Under the pieces are notes generated by a model. It was not told where the DNA came from, did not search any database, and saw nothing but the letters and a program-made list of their open reading frames with translations. Below are positions 1 through 9,405 of a DNA stretch of 32,000 bases, piece by piece. The stretch spans positions 510,001-542,000 of the forward strand of contig FP565575.1 in NCBI GenBank assembly GCA_000091165.1, read 5' to 3'. This stretch comes from Candidatus Methylomirabilis oxygeniifera. GTDB taxonomy: Bacteria > Methylomirabilota > Methylomirabilia > Methylomirabilales > Methylomirabilaceae. Positions within the stretch are counted from its first letter, which is position 1, and each line of letters begins with the position of its first letter. A program made the translations under genes and the position numbers.

Positions 1-1
1 G

Positions 2-1246
2 GCGCGTGTTCGAACGGTCTTTGAGAAGTGGGACCTCGACGCGGCGGTCATCGGGCATGTCACTGAGGGGGGGCTGCTGCGGGTGCTGGATCATGGCAGG
101 CCGGTCGCGGAGATCCCGGCCGATGCCTTGGCATCAGAGGCGCCCGCCTATCACCGGCCGAGCAGCCGCCCTTCCGAGGCTGATGCGCGGCAACGACTCG
201 ACCTGGATCGCCTTCCGTTGCCGGACGACTATGCGGCTGTCCTGTTGGAGCTGTTGCGGTCGCCCAACCTCTGTTGCAAGGAAGGGATCTGGGAGCGATA
301 TGACCACATGCTGTTTCTGGGCACGATCGTCGGACCGGGGTCTGATGCTGTCGTCCTGCGGCTACCCGGAGGCACGCGCGCCATTGCGCTCTCGATTGAC
401 GGCAATAGCCGCTATTGCACCGTAGATCCCTATCGGGGCGCGATGATCGCTGTGGCCGAGGCGGCCAGGAACGTTGTCTGCGGGGGCGGCGAGCCGCTCG
501 CCATTACCAACTGCCTGAACTTCGGCAATCCTGAGCGCCCGGAGATCATGTGGCAGTTCATTGAGGCGGTCAAGGGGATCGGCGAGGCCTGTCTGGCCTT
601 CCAGACCCCCGTCACCGGCGGCAACGTGAGCTTGTACAATGAGACATCGGGGAACGCGATCTTCCCCACGCCTATGATCGGGATGGTCGGCCTCCTGGAT
701 GATGTCGCGCACGCGACAGGCCAGTGGTTCCAGGCTGAAGGAGATATGGTGGCGCTCCTGGGGGATACACGGGAAGAGTTGGGGGCCAGCGAGTATCTTT
801 CGATCCGGTTCGATCTTGTGCAGGGTGAGCCGCCGGCGCTGGACCTGGCCAGGGAGCGGGCCGTACAGCGCACCTGCCTCGAGGCGATCCGAGCGGGGAT
901 CATTCGTTCGGCGCACGACTGCTCGGACGGGGGACTGGCCGTCGCGCTGGCGGAATCATGCCTGGGCGCGACACCGATCGGTGTCGATGTCCAACTGAAG
1001 GATACGATTCGCCCCGATGCGCTACTCTTCGGGGAATCACAATCCAGGATCGTTGTCTCCCTCAAGGCAACTGACTGGCTGAGATTGGAAAGGATTGCTG
1101 CGGCGCACCAGGTTCCTGTGACGCGCCTGGGCATCGCCGGGGGGACAAGGTTCAGACTTCACGGTCCGGCCTGCGGGCTTGATCTTCCCATGAGAGAGGT
1201 CGAGACCGCCTGGCGAAGCGGGTTGGCGTCGTCCCTGGGCGCGTAA
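2..1246 (+). CDS. purL: Phosphoribosylformylglycinamidine synthase subunit PurL, C-terminal part (5' end lies upstream of the window)
   Basis: Frame 2 is open from nt 2 (ARVRTVFEKWDLDAAVIGHVTEGG…), so the listed GTG at 83 is internal. The translation has PurL/FGAM-synthase II hallmarks (…GEPLAITNCLNFGNPERPEIMWQF…, …SAHDCSDGGLAVALAE…). Stop TAA at 1244-1246. Confidence 0.9.
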   Translation, partial: ARVRTVFEKWDLDAAVIGHVTEGGLLRVLDHGRPVAEIPADALASEAPAYHRPSSRPSEADARQRLDLDRLPLPDDYAAVLLELLRSPNLCCKEGIWERYDHMLFLGTIVGPGSDAVVLRLPGGTRAIALSIDGNSRYCTVDPYRGAMIAVAEAARNVVCGGGEPLAITNCLNFGNPERPEIMWQFIEAVKGIGEACLAFQTPVTGGNVSLYNETSGNAIFPTPMIGMVGLLDDVAHATGQWFQAEGDMVALLGDTREELGASEYLSIRFDLVQGEPPALDLARERAVQRTCLEAIRAGIIRSAHDCSDGGLAVALAESCLGATPIGVDVQLKDTIRPDALLFGESQSRIVVSLKATDWLRLERIAAAHQVPVTRLGIAGGTRFRLHGPACGLDLPMREVETAWRSGLASSLGA

Positions 1247-1263
1247 GGCGGGAGAGACGTAGA

Positions 1264-2568
1264 ATGAAATCGGTACAGATCGGCATACTGGGGTTCGGGA
1301 CGGTGGGTTCCGGGGTGGTGAAGCTGATTCAGGAAAACGGGGCACTCCTGGAGCAGCGGCTGGGCGGGCGGGTCGTCATCCGTCGAATTGCCGATACCGA
1401 CATCAACCGGCGGCGAAACGTTGATGTGGACCCGACCATACTGACCACCGATGCGGCGGCCGTGCTGGAGGATCCCGCGATCGATATCATTGTGGAGTTG
1501 ATCGGTGGCTGTGATATCGCGCTCAGGTTTTGCCGGGAGGCGCTGAACCGGAACAAGCATCTGGTCACAGCCAACAAGGCACTGCTGGCCACTCACGGGC
1601 TTGAACTGTATCGGATCGCCGCGGCGCGTCGGGTATCCATTGGGTTTGAGGCCAGTGTCTGTGGCGGCATTCCGTTGATCCGGGCGATGAAAGAGGGGCT
1701 GGTCGCCGATCGGGTCCGCTCGATTATCGGAATCGTGAACGGTACCTGCAATTATATCCTCACGACGATGACGGACAGCAGGCGGCCGTTTGCCGAGGTG
1801 TTGGCAGAGGCGCAAGCCCACGGCTACGCTGAGGCCGATCCCTCCTTTGATGTGGACGGGATCGACTCCGCCCACAAGCTCCAGATCCTGGCGACGCTGG
1901 CGTTCGGGACCTATGTCCCCTTTGATCGGATTCACGTCGAGGGGATCAGACAGATCGACGCCTCCGATATCGAATACGCCCGCGAGTTGGGATACCGGAT
2001 CAAGTTGCTGGCGATCGCCAAGCAGCTTAACGGTGAGCTGGAGGCGAGAGTGCATGCCGCCCTCGTTCCTGAAGATCACCTGCTGGCCTCGGTGGGTGGC
2101 GTCCACAACGCGGTCTATGTGGTCGGCGACGCGGTGGGTTCCTTAATGTTCTACGGACGCGGAGCAGGACAGATGCCGACCGCCTCTGCCGTGGTCAGCG
2201 ACATCGCCGAGATCGCCAGGGGCCTGTTGCACGATCCGACTGCGAGGGGCGTTCCGCCTCCGCAGATCTCCGGGGCGGAGGCCGAGGTCAAGGATATGGC
2301 GGCCGTTCGCTCCTGTTACTATCTCAGGATTATGGCGATCGATAAACCTGGGGTCCTCTCGAGGGTCACCGGGATTCTGGGCAGCAATAACATCAGCATT
2401 GTATCCGTCATCCAAAAAGGCCGCCATGAGCAGAGCGCCGTCCCCATCGTCATGTTGACCCATGAAGCGGCAGAGGGCGATATGCAACGGTCGCTTCGCG
2501 CCATCAGCCAACTTGATGTGGTCAGTGAAGGGACCGTCTGTCTCAGGGTTGAGGGCGTGACCGATTGA
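1264..2568 (+). CDS. hom: Homoserine dehydrogenase with C-terminal ACT domain
   Basis: 434-aa ORF. N-terminal Rossmann motif IGILGFGTVGSGV, a central homoserine-DH catalytic region (…VTANKALLA…GGIPLIRA…NGTCNYILT…) and a C-terminal ACT-like segment (YYLRIMAIDKPGVLSRVTGILG). GGGAGAG Shine-Dalgarno upstream. hom-thrC synteny. Confidence 0.93.
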   Translation: MKSVQIGILGFGTVGSGVVKLIQENGALLEQRLGGRVVIRRIADTDINRRRNVDVDPTILTTDAAAVLEDPAIDIIVELIGGCDIALRFCREALNRNKHLVTANKALLATHGLELYRIAAARRVSIGFEASVCGGIPLIRAMKEGLVADRVRSIIGIVNGTCNYILTTMTDSRRPFAEVLAEAQAHGYAEADPSFDVDGIDSAHKLQILATLAFGTYVPFDRIHVEGIRQIDASDIEYARELGYRIKLLAIAKQLNGELEARVHAALVPEDHLLASVGGVHNAVYVVGDAVGSLMFYGRGAGQMPTASAVVSDIAEIARGLLHDPTARGVPPPQISGAEAEVKDMAAVRSCYYLRIMAIDKPGVLSRVTGILGSNNISIVSVIQKGRHEQSAVPIVMLTHEAAEGDMQRSLRAISQLDVVSEGTVCLRVEGVTD

Positions 2569-2575
2569 GCCGACT

Positions 2576-3640
2576 ATGAAGACCATGAGTTGGAAGGGGA
2601 TCATCGAACAGTATCGGGCGTTTTTGCCTGTGACGGACCGGACGCCGGTCGTCACACTGGGCGAGGGCAATACGCCGCTGGTGCGCGCTGAACGGCTCCG
2701 GGCGGCGATCGGGATTGAGGCGGAGGTCTATCTGAAGTACGAGGGGCTCAACCCGACCGGCTCGTTTAAGGATCGGGGGATGACCCTCGCCATTACCAAG
2801 GCGGCAGAGGAGGGTGCGAGAGCTGTCATCTGCGCCTCGACCGGCAATACCTCGGCCTCCGCCGCAGCGTACGCAACGCGGGCGGGGCTGCGAGCCTATG
2901 TGCTTATCCCGGAGGGAAAGATCGCGCTGGGTAAGCTGGCGCAGGCGATGATTCATGGCGCGCAGGTGCTGCAGATTGAAGGCAACTTCGACCAGGCCCT
3001 GCAGATCGTCAGGCGCGTGGCTGCCGATCTGCCGATTGTATTGGTCAACTCGGTCAACCCATATCGGATCGAGGGTCAGAAGAGCGGCGCCTTTGAGGTC
3101 TGCGACCGGCTCGGCCGGAGTCCGGACTACCACTTTATTCCGGTAGGCAATGGGGGCAATATTACCGCCTACTGGAAGGGGTATCAGGAATATCTGAAGG
3201 CCGGACGGATCAGCTCGCTGCCAAAGATGATGGGATGGCAGGCAGAAGGCGCGGCGCCGATCGTCCTGGGAAGGGTGGTCGAACAACCGGAGACGATCGC
3301 GACGGCCATTCGGATCGGGAACCCTGCAAGCTGGAATGGGGCGGTGGCGGCCTCGGCCGAGTCCGGCGGACAGATTGACATGGTCTCCGACAGTGAGATC
3401 ATCGACGCCTACCGCCTCCTGGCTTCCATGGAGGGGGTCTTTTGTGAGCTGGCCTCAGCGTCGTCCGTGGCCGGCCTCATCAAATACTGCCGGTCGAATC
3501 GCCTGCCGAAGGATGCGGTGGTGGTGTGCGTGCTGACGGGACATGGCCTGAAAGAGCCTGATGCTGCCATCCGTCTTTCGCAGCAACCTGTAACAGTGAA
3601 GGCCGATCCTGAGGCTGTGCTGAAGCTCCTGTCGGTCTAG
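2576..3640 (+). CDS. thrC: Threonine synthase (PLP-dependent)
   Basis: 354-aa ORF with the PLP-lysine motif NPTGSFKDRGMT and the TGNTSAS glycine-rich loop. It follows hom after an 7-nt gap. Confidence 0.93.
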   Translation: MKTMSWKGIIEQYRAFLPVTDRTPVVTLGEGNTPLVRAERLRAAIGIEAEVYLKYEGLNPTGSFKDRGMTLAITKAAEEGARAVICASTGNTSASAAAYATRAGLRAYVLIPEGKIALGKLAQAMIHGAQVLQIEGNFDQALQIVRRVAADLPIVLVNSVNPYRIEGQKSGAFEVCDRLGRSPDYHFIPVGNGGNITAYWKGYQEYLKAGRISSLPKMMGWQAEGAAPIVLGRVVEQPETIATAIRIGNPASWNGAVAASAESGGQIDMVSDSEIIDAYRLLASMEGVFCELASASSVAGLIKYCRSNRLPKDAVVVCVLTGHGLKEPDAAIRLSQQPVTVKADPEAVLKLLSV

Positions 3641-3661
3641 AGCCGGCCAAGCGATTTTCGT

Positions 3662-3690
3662 TTGACAGGCGGGATCGGCGACGCTATAGT
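3662..3690 (+). promoter_or_regulatory. Sigma70-type promoter for tRNA-Gly
   Basis: TTGACA (3662-3667), a 17-nt spacer, then TATAGT (3685-3690), ending 11 nt before the tRNA 5' end. Confidence 0.6.
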
Positions 3691-3701
3691 GCTCTGCGGA
3701 T

Positions 3702-3776
3702 GCGGGAATAGCTCAGCGGTAGAGCATCGCCTTGCCAAGGCGAGGGTCGCGGGTTCAAATCCCGTTTCCCGCTCCA
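3702..3776 (+). tRNA. tRNA-Gly (anticodon GCC), CCA encoded
   Basis: Hand-folded cloverleaf. Acceptor GCGGGAA/TTCCCGC, anticodon stem TCGCC/GGCGA with loop TTGCCAA, T-arm GCGGG-TTCAAAT-CCCGT, discriminator T, then CCA. Confidence 0.93.
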
Positions 3777-3907
3777 ACCTTGTGACTGACGAACCGTTAT
3801 TGAGCGGATACATGAAGTAATCGGCATGTTGCCCATGGCCGTGCCCACCCAGTGTCTCTTACCCTACCGCCTGAATTGCTGGATCACGTCATCGTTGCCT
3901 CCCTCAT

Positions 3908-3983
3908 GGCGGCGTAGCCAAGTGGCTAAGGCAGAGGTCTGCAAAACCTTTATTCGGCGGTTCGAGTCCGCCCGCCGCCTCCA
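3908..3983 (+). tRNA. tRNA-Cys (anticodon GCA), CCA encoded
   Basis: Acceptor GGCGGCG/CGCCGCC, anticodon stem GAGGT/ACCTT with loop CTGCAAA, T-arm GGCGG-TTCGAGT-CCGCC, then T plus CCA. Confidence 0.92.
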
Positions 3984-4233
3984 CGCTTCCTTTGATGTGC
4001 ATACGGATTTCGCGTACTGTCTCTCAGGGGTATTCACGTGACTCCGATCGATCCGGCATATTGGGGTAGTCCTTCTATTGTATTCCCGGTACGTCGAGAG
4101 CGACAAACAGGCGTGTCATCCAATGCTTAGGTCATACGCGGGTGACGCTTTACTCCCCTATGTACTCCGTCGGCGCTCCGTAAGCCGCTGAACGGGGCGT
4201 GAGTCTGCTTATTATTATTTGTGGAGGAACCCT

Positions 4234-4809
4234 ATGGAACCTATGGATGGGGAAGAGAAGGAGAAGCAAGAGAAGAAGCATACAAAGTGGGTGAAGAGTG
4301 TCATGGGTATCGTCGCGCTTGGGGAAGCGGTTGTGATTTTTATTGGTATTCAGTTCATCCCCTACGGCCGGGGGTACAACAATCCTCCGGTGAAAACTGA
4401 GCCCCAATGGAACAGCCCCCAAACAAGAGAGCTATTTTTCCGTGCCTGTGGTGATTGTCACAGCAATGAAGTTGTCTGGCCATGGTATGGCTACATTGCA
4501 CCCGTGTCATGGTTCATTCAACACGACATCGACAAGGGTCGCGCTGCCCTCAACGTGTCGGAATGGGGACGTGTAGAGGAGAATAGTGGCGACGCTGCAG
4601 AAACCGTCAAGAACGGCTCAATGCCGCCTTGGGCCTATACAATCTTGCGTTCGTCGGCGAATATGGCTGCTTCCGAGAAGGAGACGTTCGTTCAGGGACT
4701 GGTAGCCACATTCGGCGAGCAGAAGAGCGACGAAAAAAGTAAAAAGAAGGTGGACGACTCGATACACTTCTTCCCCGTTCGTAAAGATGATCAGGGTACG
4801 GACAAATGA
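4234..4809 (+). CDS. Membrane-anchored haem-binding-domain protein (single CxxCH)
   Basis: GGAGG 6 nt upstream of the ATG at 4234 (the listed TTG at 4219 is less likely). One N-terminal TM helix (VMGIVALGEAVVIFIGIQFI). CGDCHSNE haem-c motif followed by WPWYGYIAPVSWFIQHDIDKGR…NGSMPPW, typical of the Haem_bd family. Confidence 0.7.
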   Translation: MEPMDGEEKEKQEKKHTKWVKSVMGIVALGEAVVIFIGIQFIPYGRGYNNPPVKTEPQWNSPQTRELFFRACGDCHSNEVVWPWYGYIAPVSWFIQHDIDKGRAALNVSEWGRVEENSGDAAETVKNGSMPPWAYTILRSSANMAASEKETFVQGLVATFGEQKSDEKSKKKVDDSIHFFPVRKDDQGTDK

Positions 4810-4867
4810 GATGCGCGTATTCCAATTGCTGCGGCGATCAACTCTGAACGCCGGATAAGAGCGAGTC

Positions 4868-6019
4868 ATGGACTTTGAGCTGAGCGAGGAACAACAGGCG
4901 GTCCGGACGATGGTCCGGGAGTGTGCCGAGCGAGAAATCGCGCCGGTCGCCGCCGAGATCGATGAGCAGGAACGGTTCCCGACCGGGATCATTCGAAAGC
5001 TGTCGGAGCTTGGGCTCATGGGTATTCTCTTTCCCAAGGCGTACGGAGGCGCGGGGATGGACTACATCAGCTATGCCCTGATCCTTGAAGAGCTCGGGCG
5101 ATACGATGCGTCGGTTGCGCTGACCGTGGAGTCGCACAACTCGCTTTGCAGCAATCACATTTATCTCTTTGGAAACGAGGCTCAGAGGAGTCGGTATCTA
5201 CCGCAACTGACCAGCGGCCAAGCCCTTGGCGCGTGGGCGATGACGGAGCCTGGGTCTGGGAGTGATGCCGCCGGGATGCAGGCTACTGCAGTGCTGGAAG
5301 GCGACCACTGGGTCCTGAACGGGACAAAGAACTTCATCACGCAGGGAAGCGTGGCGGGCATCTACGTGATTATGGCGCTCACCGATCGGGCCACGCGGGA
5401 GCGGGGGATCTCGGCCTTCATCGTGGAGCAGGGGACGCCTGGGTTGCGGGTCGGTCGGAAAGAGCACAAGATGGGATTCCGCGCCTCCGACACGGCTCAG
5501 GTGATTCTGGAAGATGTGCGTATTCCGGACGCGAACCTGCTGGGCGACCTACACCACGGCTTTATCGATGCGTTGACGATCCTGGATGCGGGGCGGATCG
5601 GGATGGCCGCCCTCAGCGTCGGTATCGCCCGCGGCTGTCTGGAGGAAGGGCTGAAGTACGCTAAAGAGCGCCAGGCCTTCGGCCGGCCAATAGCCAACTT
5701 TGAAGCGATTCAATGGAAGCTGGCCGACATGGCCACGGAAATTGACGCGGCCAGGCTTCTGGTCTTGCAGGCGGCCTATCTGAAAGACACCGATCAGCCG
5801 TTTACGAAGGAGGCGTCGTATGCCAAGCTCTTTGCCTCAGAGACGGCCATGAAGGCCGCCACTGAGGCAGTGCAGATCCACGGCGGCTATGGCTACATTA
5901 AGGAGTTTCCTGTCGAACGATATTTCCGGGACGCCAAGTTTTGCGCCATCGGCGAAGGAACCTCCGAGATCCAGCGCCTAATCATCGCCCGCGAACTGTT
6001 GGGTCGAGCGTATGTGTGA
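4868..6019 (+). CDS. Acyl-CoA dehydrogenase (short/branched-chain type)
   Basis: 383-aa ORF with canonical ACAD sequence along its whole length (…[17 protein letters not shown]…, …[41 protein letters not shown]). Confidence 0.92.
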   Translation: MDFELSEEQQAVRTMVRECAEREIAPVAAEIDEQERFPTGIIRKLSELGLMGILFPKAYGGAGMDYISYALILEELGRYDASVALTVESHNSLCSNHIYLFGNEAQRSRYLPQLTSGQALGAWAMTEPGSGSDAAGMQATAVLEGDHWVLNGTKNFITQGSVAGIYVIMALTDRATRERGISAFIVEQGTPGLRVGRKEHKMGFRASDTAQVILEDVRIPDANLLGDLHHGFIDALTILDAGRIGMAALSVGIARGCLEEGLKYAKERQAFGRPIANFEAIQWKLADMATEIDAARLLVLQAAYLKDTDQPFTKEASYAKLFASETAMKAATEAVQIHGGYGYIKEFPVERYFRDAKFCAIGEGTSEIQRLIIARELLGRAYV

Positions 6020-6022
6020 AAG

Positions 6023-6274
6023 ATAGGGTGTAGGGGGTAGACGACGGCCGGCTCCGCTTAATCTCGCCGTACGTCCATGTACGGCTCGAATCGGCGCTGG
6101 CAGGCTGCGCTATCCGTGCTTCGCCTGCCATCGACGACGCGTCGCCACCCGCCGTCCACCCCGGCTTCTGTGACGTAGATGTCTTAGAAGCGTGTGCGGA
6201 GTACAGGATGCAGAAGCGAGATAGATCTTCCCGTACTTTACCCTATCCCCTAAACCCTATACCCTGTTTTTTTT
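6023..6274. repeat. About 240-bp intergenic element bounded by an 18-bp inverted repeat and followed by a T8 run
   Basis: ATAGGGTGTAGGGGGTAG (6023-6040) pairs with CTATCCCCTAAACCCTAT (6243-6260) at 16 of 18 positions. Internal hairpins are CCGTAC/GTACGG and GGCAGGC/GCCTGCC. TTTTTTTT at 6267-6274. Confidence 0.4.
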
Positions 6275-6282
6275 GATGACGC

Positions 6283-7220
6283 ATGGAACTGGTAGACAAA
6301 ATTCTCAAAGGTGATGTACGCGCGGCGGCCCGCCTCATGACCATGATAGAAAACGGCGATGCCGAGGCCAGGGCCGCGCTAAAGTCACTCTACCCCCACA
6401 CCGGTTCAGCCCACATCATCGGGATCACCGGTCCGCCGGGCTCAGGAAAGAGCACGCTGGCAGACCGGCTGACCGAAGAGTTGCGAAAACGCGACAAGAC
6501 GGTAGGGATTGTCGCAGTGGATCCGACGAGCCCCTTCACCGGAGGCGCGATTCTGGGCGACCGGATCCGGATGCAAAGCCACAGCCTGGACGCGGGCGTT
6601 TTTATCCGCAGTATGGCGACGCGCGGCCACTTGGGCGGCCTCGCCCGCGCCACCAACGAAATTGTGGACGTCATGGATGCGGCGGGGAAAGAGGTGATTC
6701 TGATCGAGACGGTGGGGGTCGGCCAGGACGAGGTGGAGGTCGTGGGAACGGCGCACACCTGCGTGGTGGTCTCGGTTCCCGGATTGGGCGACGAGGTGCA
6801 GACGTTCAAAGCGGGCGTTCTGGAGATCGGCGACCTGTTCGTGGTCAACAAGGCCGACCGTGAGGGCGCGAACCGGACCGCCACAGAACTTGAGATGATG
6901 CTGCATATGGCGCCTAAAGGGGCCGCCTGGTCTCCAAAGGTTCTCAAGACGGTCGCCACGACAGGGGAAGTATCGCAGCGCTGCTGGATGCGATCTTCGA
7001 GCACAAAGCCTTCATGGATGAGCGCGATCTACAGAAGCAGAAAGGGCGGGAGCGAGGCGAGCGTGCATTTCGGGTGCTGCTGCAGGAGACGCTCACGGCC
7101 AGAGCGCTGGAGCAGTTCGATCGGAACGGCCGCATGCAGGAGCTGATCGCCCGCGTCGCCGATCGCACCCTCGATCCCTACACCGCCGTCGAAGAAGTCC
7201 TCGCCAAGCTCGGCCTATAG
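6283..7220 (+). pseudogene. meaB: MeaB/ArgK-type G3E GTPase (methylmalonyl-CoA-mutase chaperone family) with an apparent 1-nt deletion near 6970
   Basis: P-loop GITGPPGSGKST, switch region DPTSPFTGGAILGDR, and NKAD. After …VATTGE the frame moves from frame 1 to frame 0, where the conserved tail continues (…IAALLDAIFEHKAFMDERDLQKQKGRERGERAFRVLLQETL…, listed ORF 7014..7220). The total span is 938 nt, which is 3n+2. Confidence 0.8.
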
Positions 7221-7235
7221 GGCCCCTCAGCGGTC

Positions 7236-7265
7236 ATTGCGAGGGAGTGGAGCGACCGTGGCAAT
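7236..7265. repeat. REP-like hairpin between convergent genes
   Basis: ATTGC (7236-7240) and GCAAT (7261-7265) flank the GC-rich GAGGGAGTGGAGCGACCGTG. It lies between the meaB stop (7220) and the stop of the minus-strand gene at 7326. Confidence 0.35.
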
Positions 7266-7325
7266 CTCACAGTATTTGGCGTTATGGTTTGGAGCCGGTA
7301 AGAACGCATGTACCGAACAGTACCG

Positions 7326-8246
7326 TTAGGGAGCCTCCCGCAACTTGAACGAGACGCTGTAATACCGCACGTCGATATTCGTGGTCATCTCCAACGCGTA
7401 GGACAGTTTCGGATCGGGGTCACGGCAGATAACCAACCCCTTCACAGCCTGACCATCCGAGCAGATATTTTTCTTGACCCAACCCATATACCTTAGAATT
7501 TGGCCAATCACCTGATCCGACGGACGGCCTTTCTTGAGTTCAATGACGACAAACGACTCGGACTTAGGCTCGACTGCCAAAATGTCTATCGGACCAATGT
7601 CAGTAGCGTACTGCTGACTGTCATTGCCGTCGGCGTCCTCGAAGATCTTGAGCTCGCCTTTGAAAATCGTAGCGAAATTGCTTACGACGAAGTCTTCCAG
7701 GTACTTCTCCAGAACAAACGCATTGGGGTCTTCAATTGGTTCAGGCGCCTGCGACGGAACTATTGGTAGTCCGGCGCCTTCAACGAGGGCGTGGAACTGC
7801 TCCTCCGAGAATTCGGCGAGCGTGTGCATTGGGAAGACCACTCCGGGGAACGGCTTATCGCGCGGTTGTTCGTGCCACGAGACTTTCAGGAAGTTCTGGT
7901 GCGTATGTGCAGGATTCCTGCCCGGGGCGTAGAACGCTGGTTCGCTGACCGTACCCACGGCCGCGAGGGTTTTACGGCCTCTTCGGGCGACCACGATGTC
8001 ACCAGGGTAAATCTCGTGGTAGAAGGCCCAGAGCATGTTGGCAAAGAGACCCTTCGTTTGTTGCGGCTTGTCCGGATATGTTGACGCAACCACTTCGGAC
8101 AACTCTTGCCGGTTCACCTTCGAGACATCACCGAGCTGCGTCCAACCAATGGAGATGAGGTCGTTGGCCAAGTCGAACTGCCACACTTGGTCAAACATCT
8201 CTGTCGGCTTCGCCTCAACAGGAGCGATTACCCAATAACGTGGCAT
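7326..8246 (-). CDS. Two-domain protein with an unknown N-terminal domain and a C-terminal NucS/DUF91-like PD-(D/E)xK nuclease domain
   Basis: 306-aa ORF. The C-terminus has DIGPIDILAVEPKSESFVVIELKKGRPSDQVIGQILRYMGW, a D…E-x-K core followed by a Q-x-x-x-Y helix as in NucS-type endonuclease domains. The N-terminal ~150 aa (YWVIAP…ISIGWTQLGDVS…GDIVVARRG) was not recognised as a named family. GC looks lower than in the flanking genes by eye. Confidence 0.6.
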   Translation of the reverse strand: MPRYWVIAPVEAKPTEMFDQVWQFDLANDLISIGWTQLGDVSKVNRQELSEVVASTYPDKPQQTKGLFANMLWAFYHEIYPGDIVVARRGRKTLAAVGTVSEPAFYAPGRNPAHTHQNFLKVSWHEQPRDKPFPGVVFPMHTLAEFSEEQFHALVEGAGLPIVPSQAPEPIEDPNAFVLEKYLEDFVVSNFATIFKGELKIFEDADGNDSQQYATDIGPIDILAVEPKSESFVVIELKKGRPSDQVIGQILRYMGWVKKNICSDGQAVKGLVICRDPDPKLSYALEMTTNIDVRYYSVSFKLREAP

Positions 8247-8533
8247 TGATTATTCCTTTTGATTACCGTGGCTTGGGCTTCCTAACTATAGAGTAGACTG
8301 ATCGGTCTATCTCGATCGACTATTTTCGTAGTTAACGTGGATTCTATTGTGTTCTTTGCGCCAGCTACTGGCCGGGTGGGTGGCTGTACCCCTTCTATTC
8401 TCGAAATGAACGGCTGCAACAGCCGGCTTCTATGGATGACTGCGGCGATTAAGGCCTCCGTTGCCTGACGAAGAGGTGACCGGAATCCGGATTTATTGGC
8501 GATCCGGCGGACCGGTTGGTTCGGTGAACGACC

Positions 8534-8776
8534 CTATGCAGCTAATCTGGCTTCGTTCTGTACGATGATCTTGGGATCTTTCACTTTCGGAGGCACGGGC
8601 AGACCTCGTTCTTCGAGCAGTTCTACGTGTTCCTTCATTCCCCATTTCGCCTTATACACGCAGTCCTCGATGGAGTGACCAATCCCCGTAAATCCTTCCA
8701 GATCAGGAGAAAAAAACCCAAAATAATCGGGTTCCTCCGTTGCCTCGATGGTCAAAGAATAGGGCAGATCAATCAT
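8534..8776 (-). CDS. hicB: HicB-family antitoxin (short form without an obvious DNA-binding domain)
   Basis: 80 aa. The sequence YSLTIEATEEPDYFGFFSPDLEGFTGIGHSIEDCVYKAKWGMKEHVELLEERGLPVP is typical of the HicB/UPF0150 fold. GGGAGGA Shine-Dalgarno. The start overlaps the hicA stop by 8 nt. Confidence 0.85.
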   Translation of the reverse strand: MIDLPYSLTIEATEEPDYFGFFSPDLEGFTGIGHSIEDCVYKAKWGMKEHVELLEERGLPVPPKVKDPKIIVQNEARLAA

Positions 8777-8972
8777 GACTTCCTCCCTTCTGTATTCCTG
8801 CTGACTTCAGTATATGATGGCACGTGCCGCTGGGCACTTCCTTGGCCCCATGATAGTCAATCCGAATCAATGCAGGCCAGCCAGCTTTCCCATAATATCG
8901 GATGGACCCTTTCTCCCTCACCAGCTCGAATCCATGAGCTTCAAGCAGTCTCACCAACTCACTGAACTTCAA
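8769..8972 (-). CDS. hicA: HicA-family mRNA-interferase toxin
   Basis: Only the last 67 codons of listed ORF 8769..9257 look like HicA (KFSELVRLLEAHGFELVREKGSIRYYGKAGWPALIRIDYHGAKEVPSGTCHHILKSAGI). TTG at 8972 is preceded by AGGAG at a 6-nt spacing. Confidence 0.8.
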   Translation of the reverse strand: MKFSELVRLLEAHGFELVREKGSIRYYGKAGWPALIRIDYHGAKEVPSGTCHHILKSAGIQKGGSHD

Positions 8973-9405
8973 GATGGTCTCCTGTAGTCCACCGTCTATG
9001 ACATGCCAGTTTCCAGATGCCTCATACTGACACCGAACGCTGTCGGTAACCTGCGGGGCGGCAGATGAAGATAGAGCCACCGACTCTTCAGAGAAGAGCT
9101 GGAGTCGGGGTGTGTCCGTGCGAAGAGCTGGATCACATCTCGTCGGATAAGCTTCACTGAGCGATAATAGCAGACCGCTATTGTTTATCAAAGGACCGGC
9201 TGTGCTTCGGACCCAACAGGCCAGAGTGGTCCGCGCGGAGAAGTCCCACGCGTGCATGGCCGCCGGGAAGCGGCTGGTGAGAGTCGGAAAGCAGCAGTGA
9301 TTTTACTTGCCTTCCAAAATGTTTCAGCTTATAGGTCAGGCTATGAGCAGGAGAGAATACGTCGATGCAGGAGAGATCCTCACTAAAATCGGGCTGTAGG
9401 AGATT

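Noticed and set aside
6-425. 139-aa plus-strand ORF at the window start
   Set aside because: It is out of frame with purL, which is open from nt 2 and carries the conserved sequence.
1159-2106. 315-aa minus-strand ORF
   Set aside because: It is antisense to homoserine dehydrogenase and is a shadow ORF. The same reasoning applies to 362..916, 430..1134, 2143..2670 and 2543..3286.
3984-4218. Possible genomic-island attachment site downstream of tRNA-Cys
   Set aside because: I found no integrase and no direct repeat of the tRNA 3' end in the window. The next genes (haem-binding protein, acyl-CoA dehydrogenase) look native.
8973-9257. N-terminal 95 codons of listed ORF 8769..9257
   Set aside because: They show no HicA similarity. 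A TTG with AGGAG at 8972 gives a normal 67-aa HicA.
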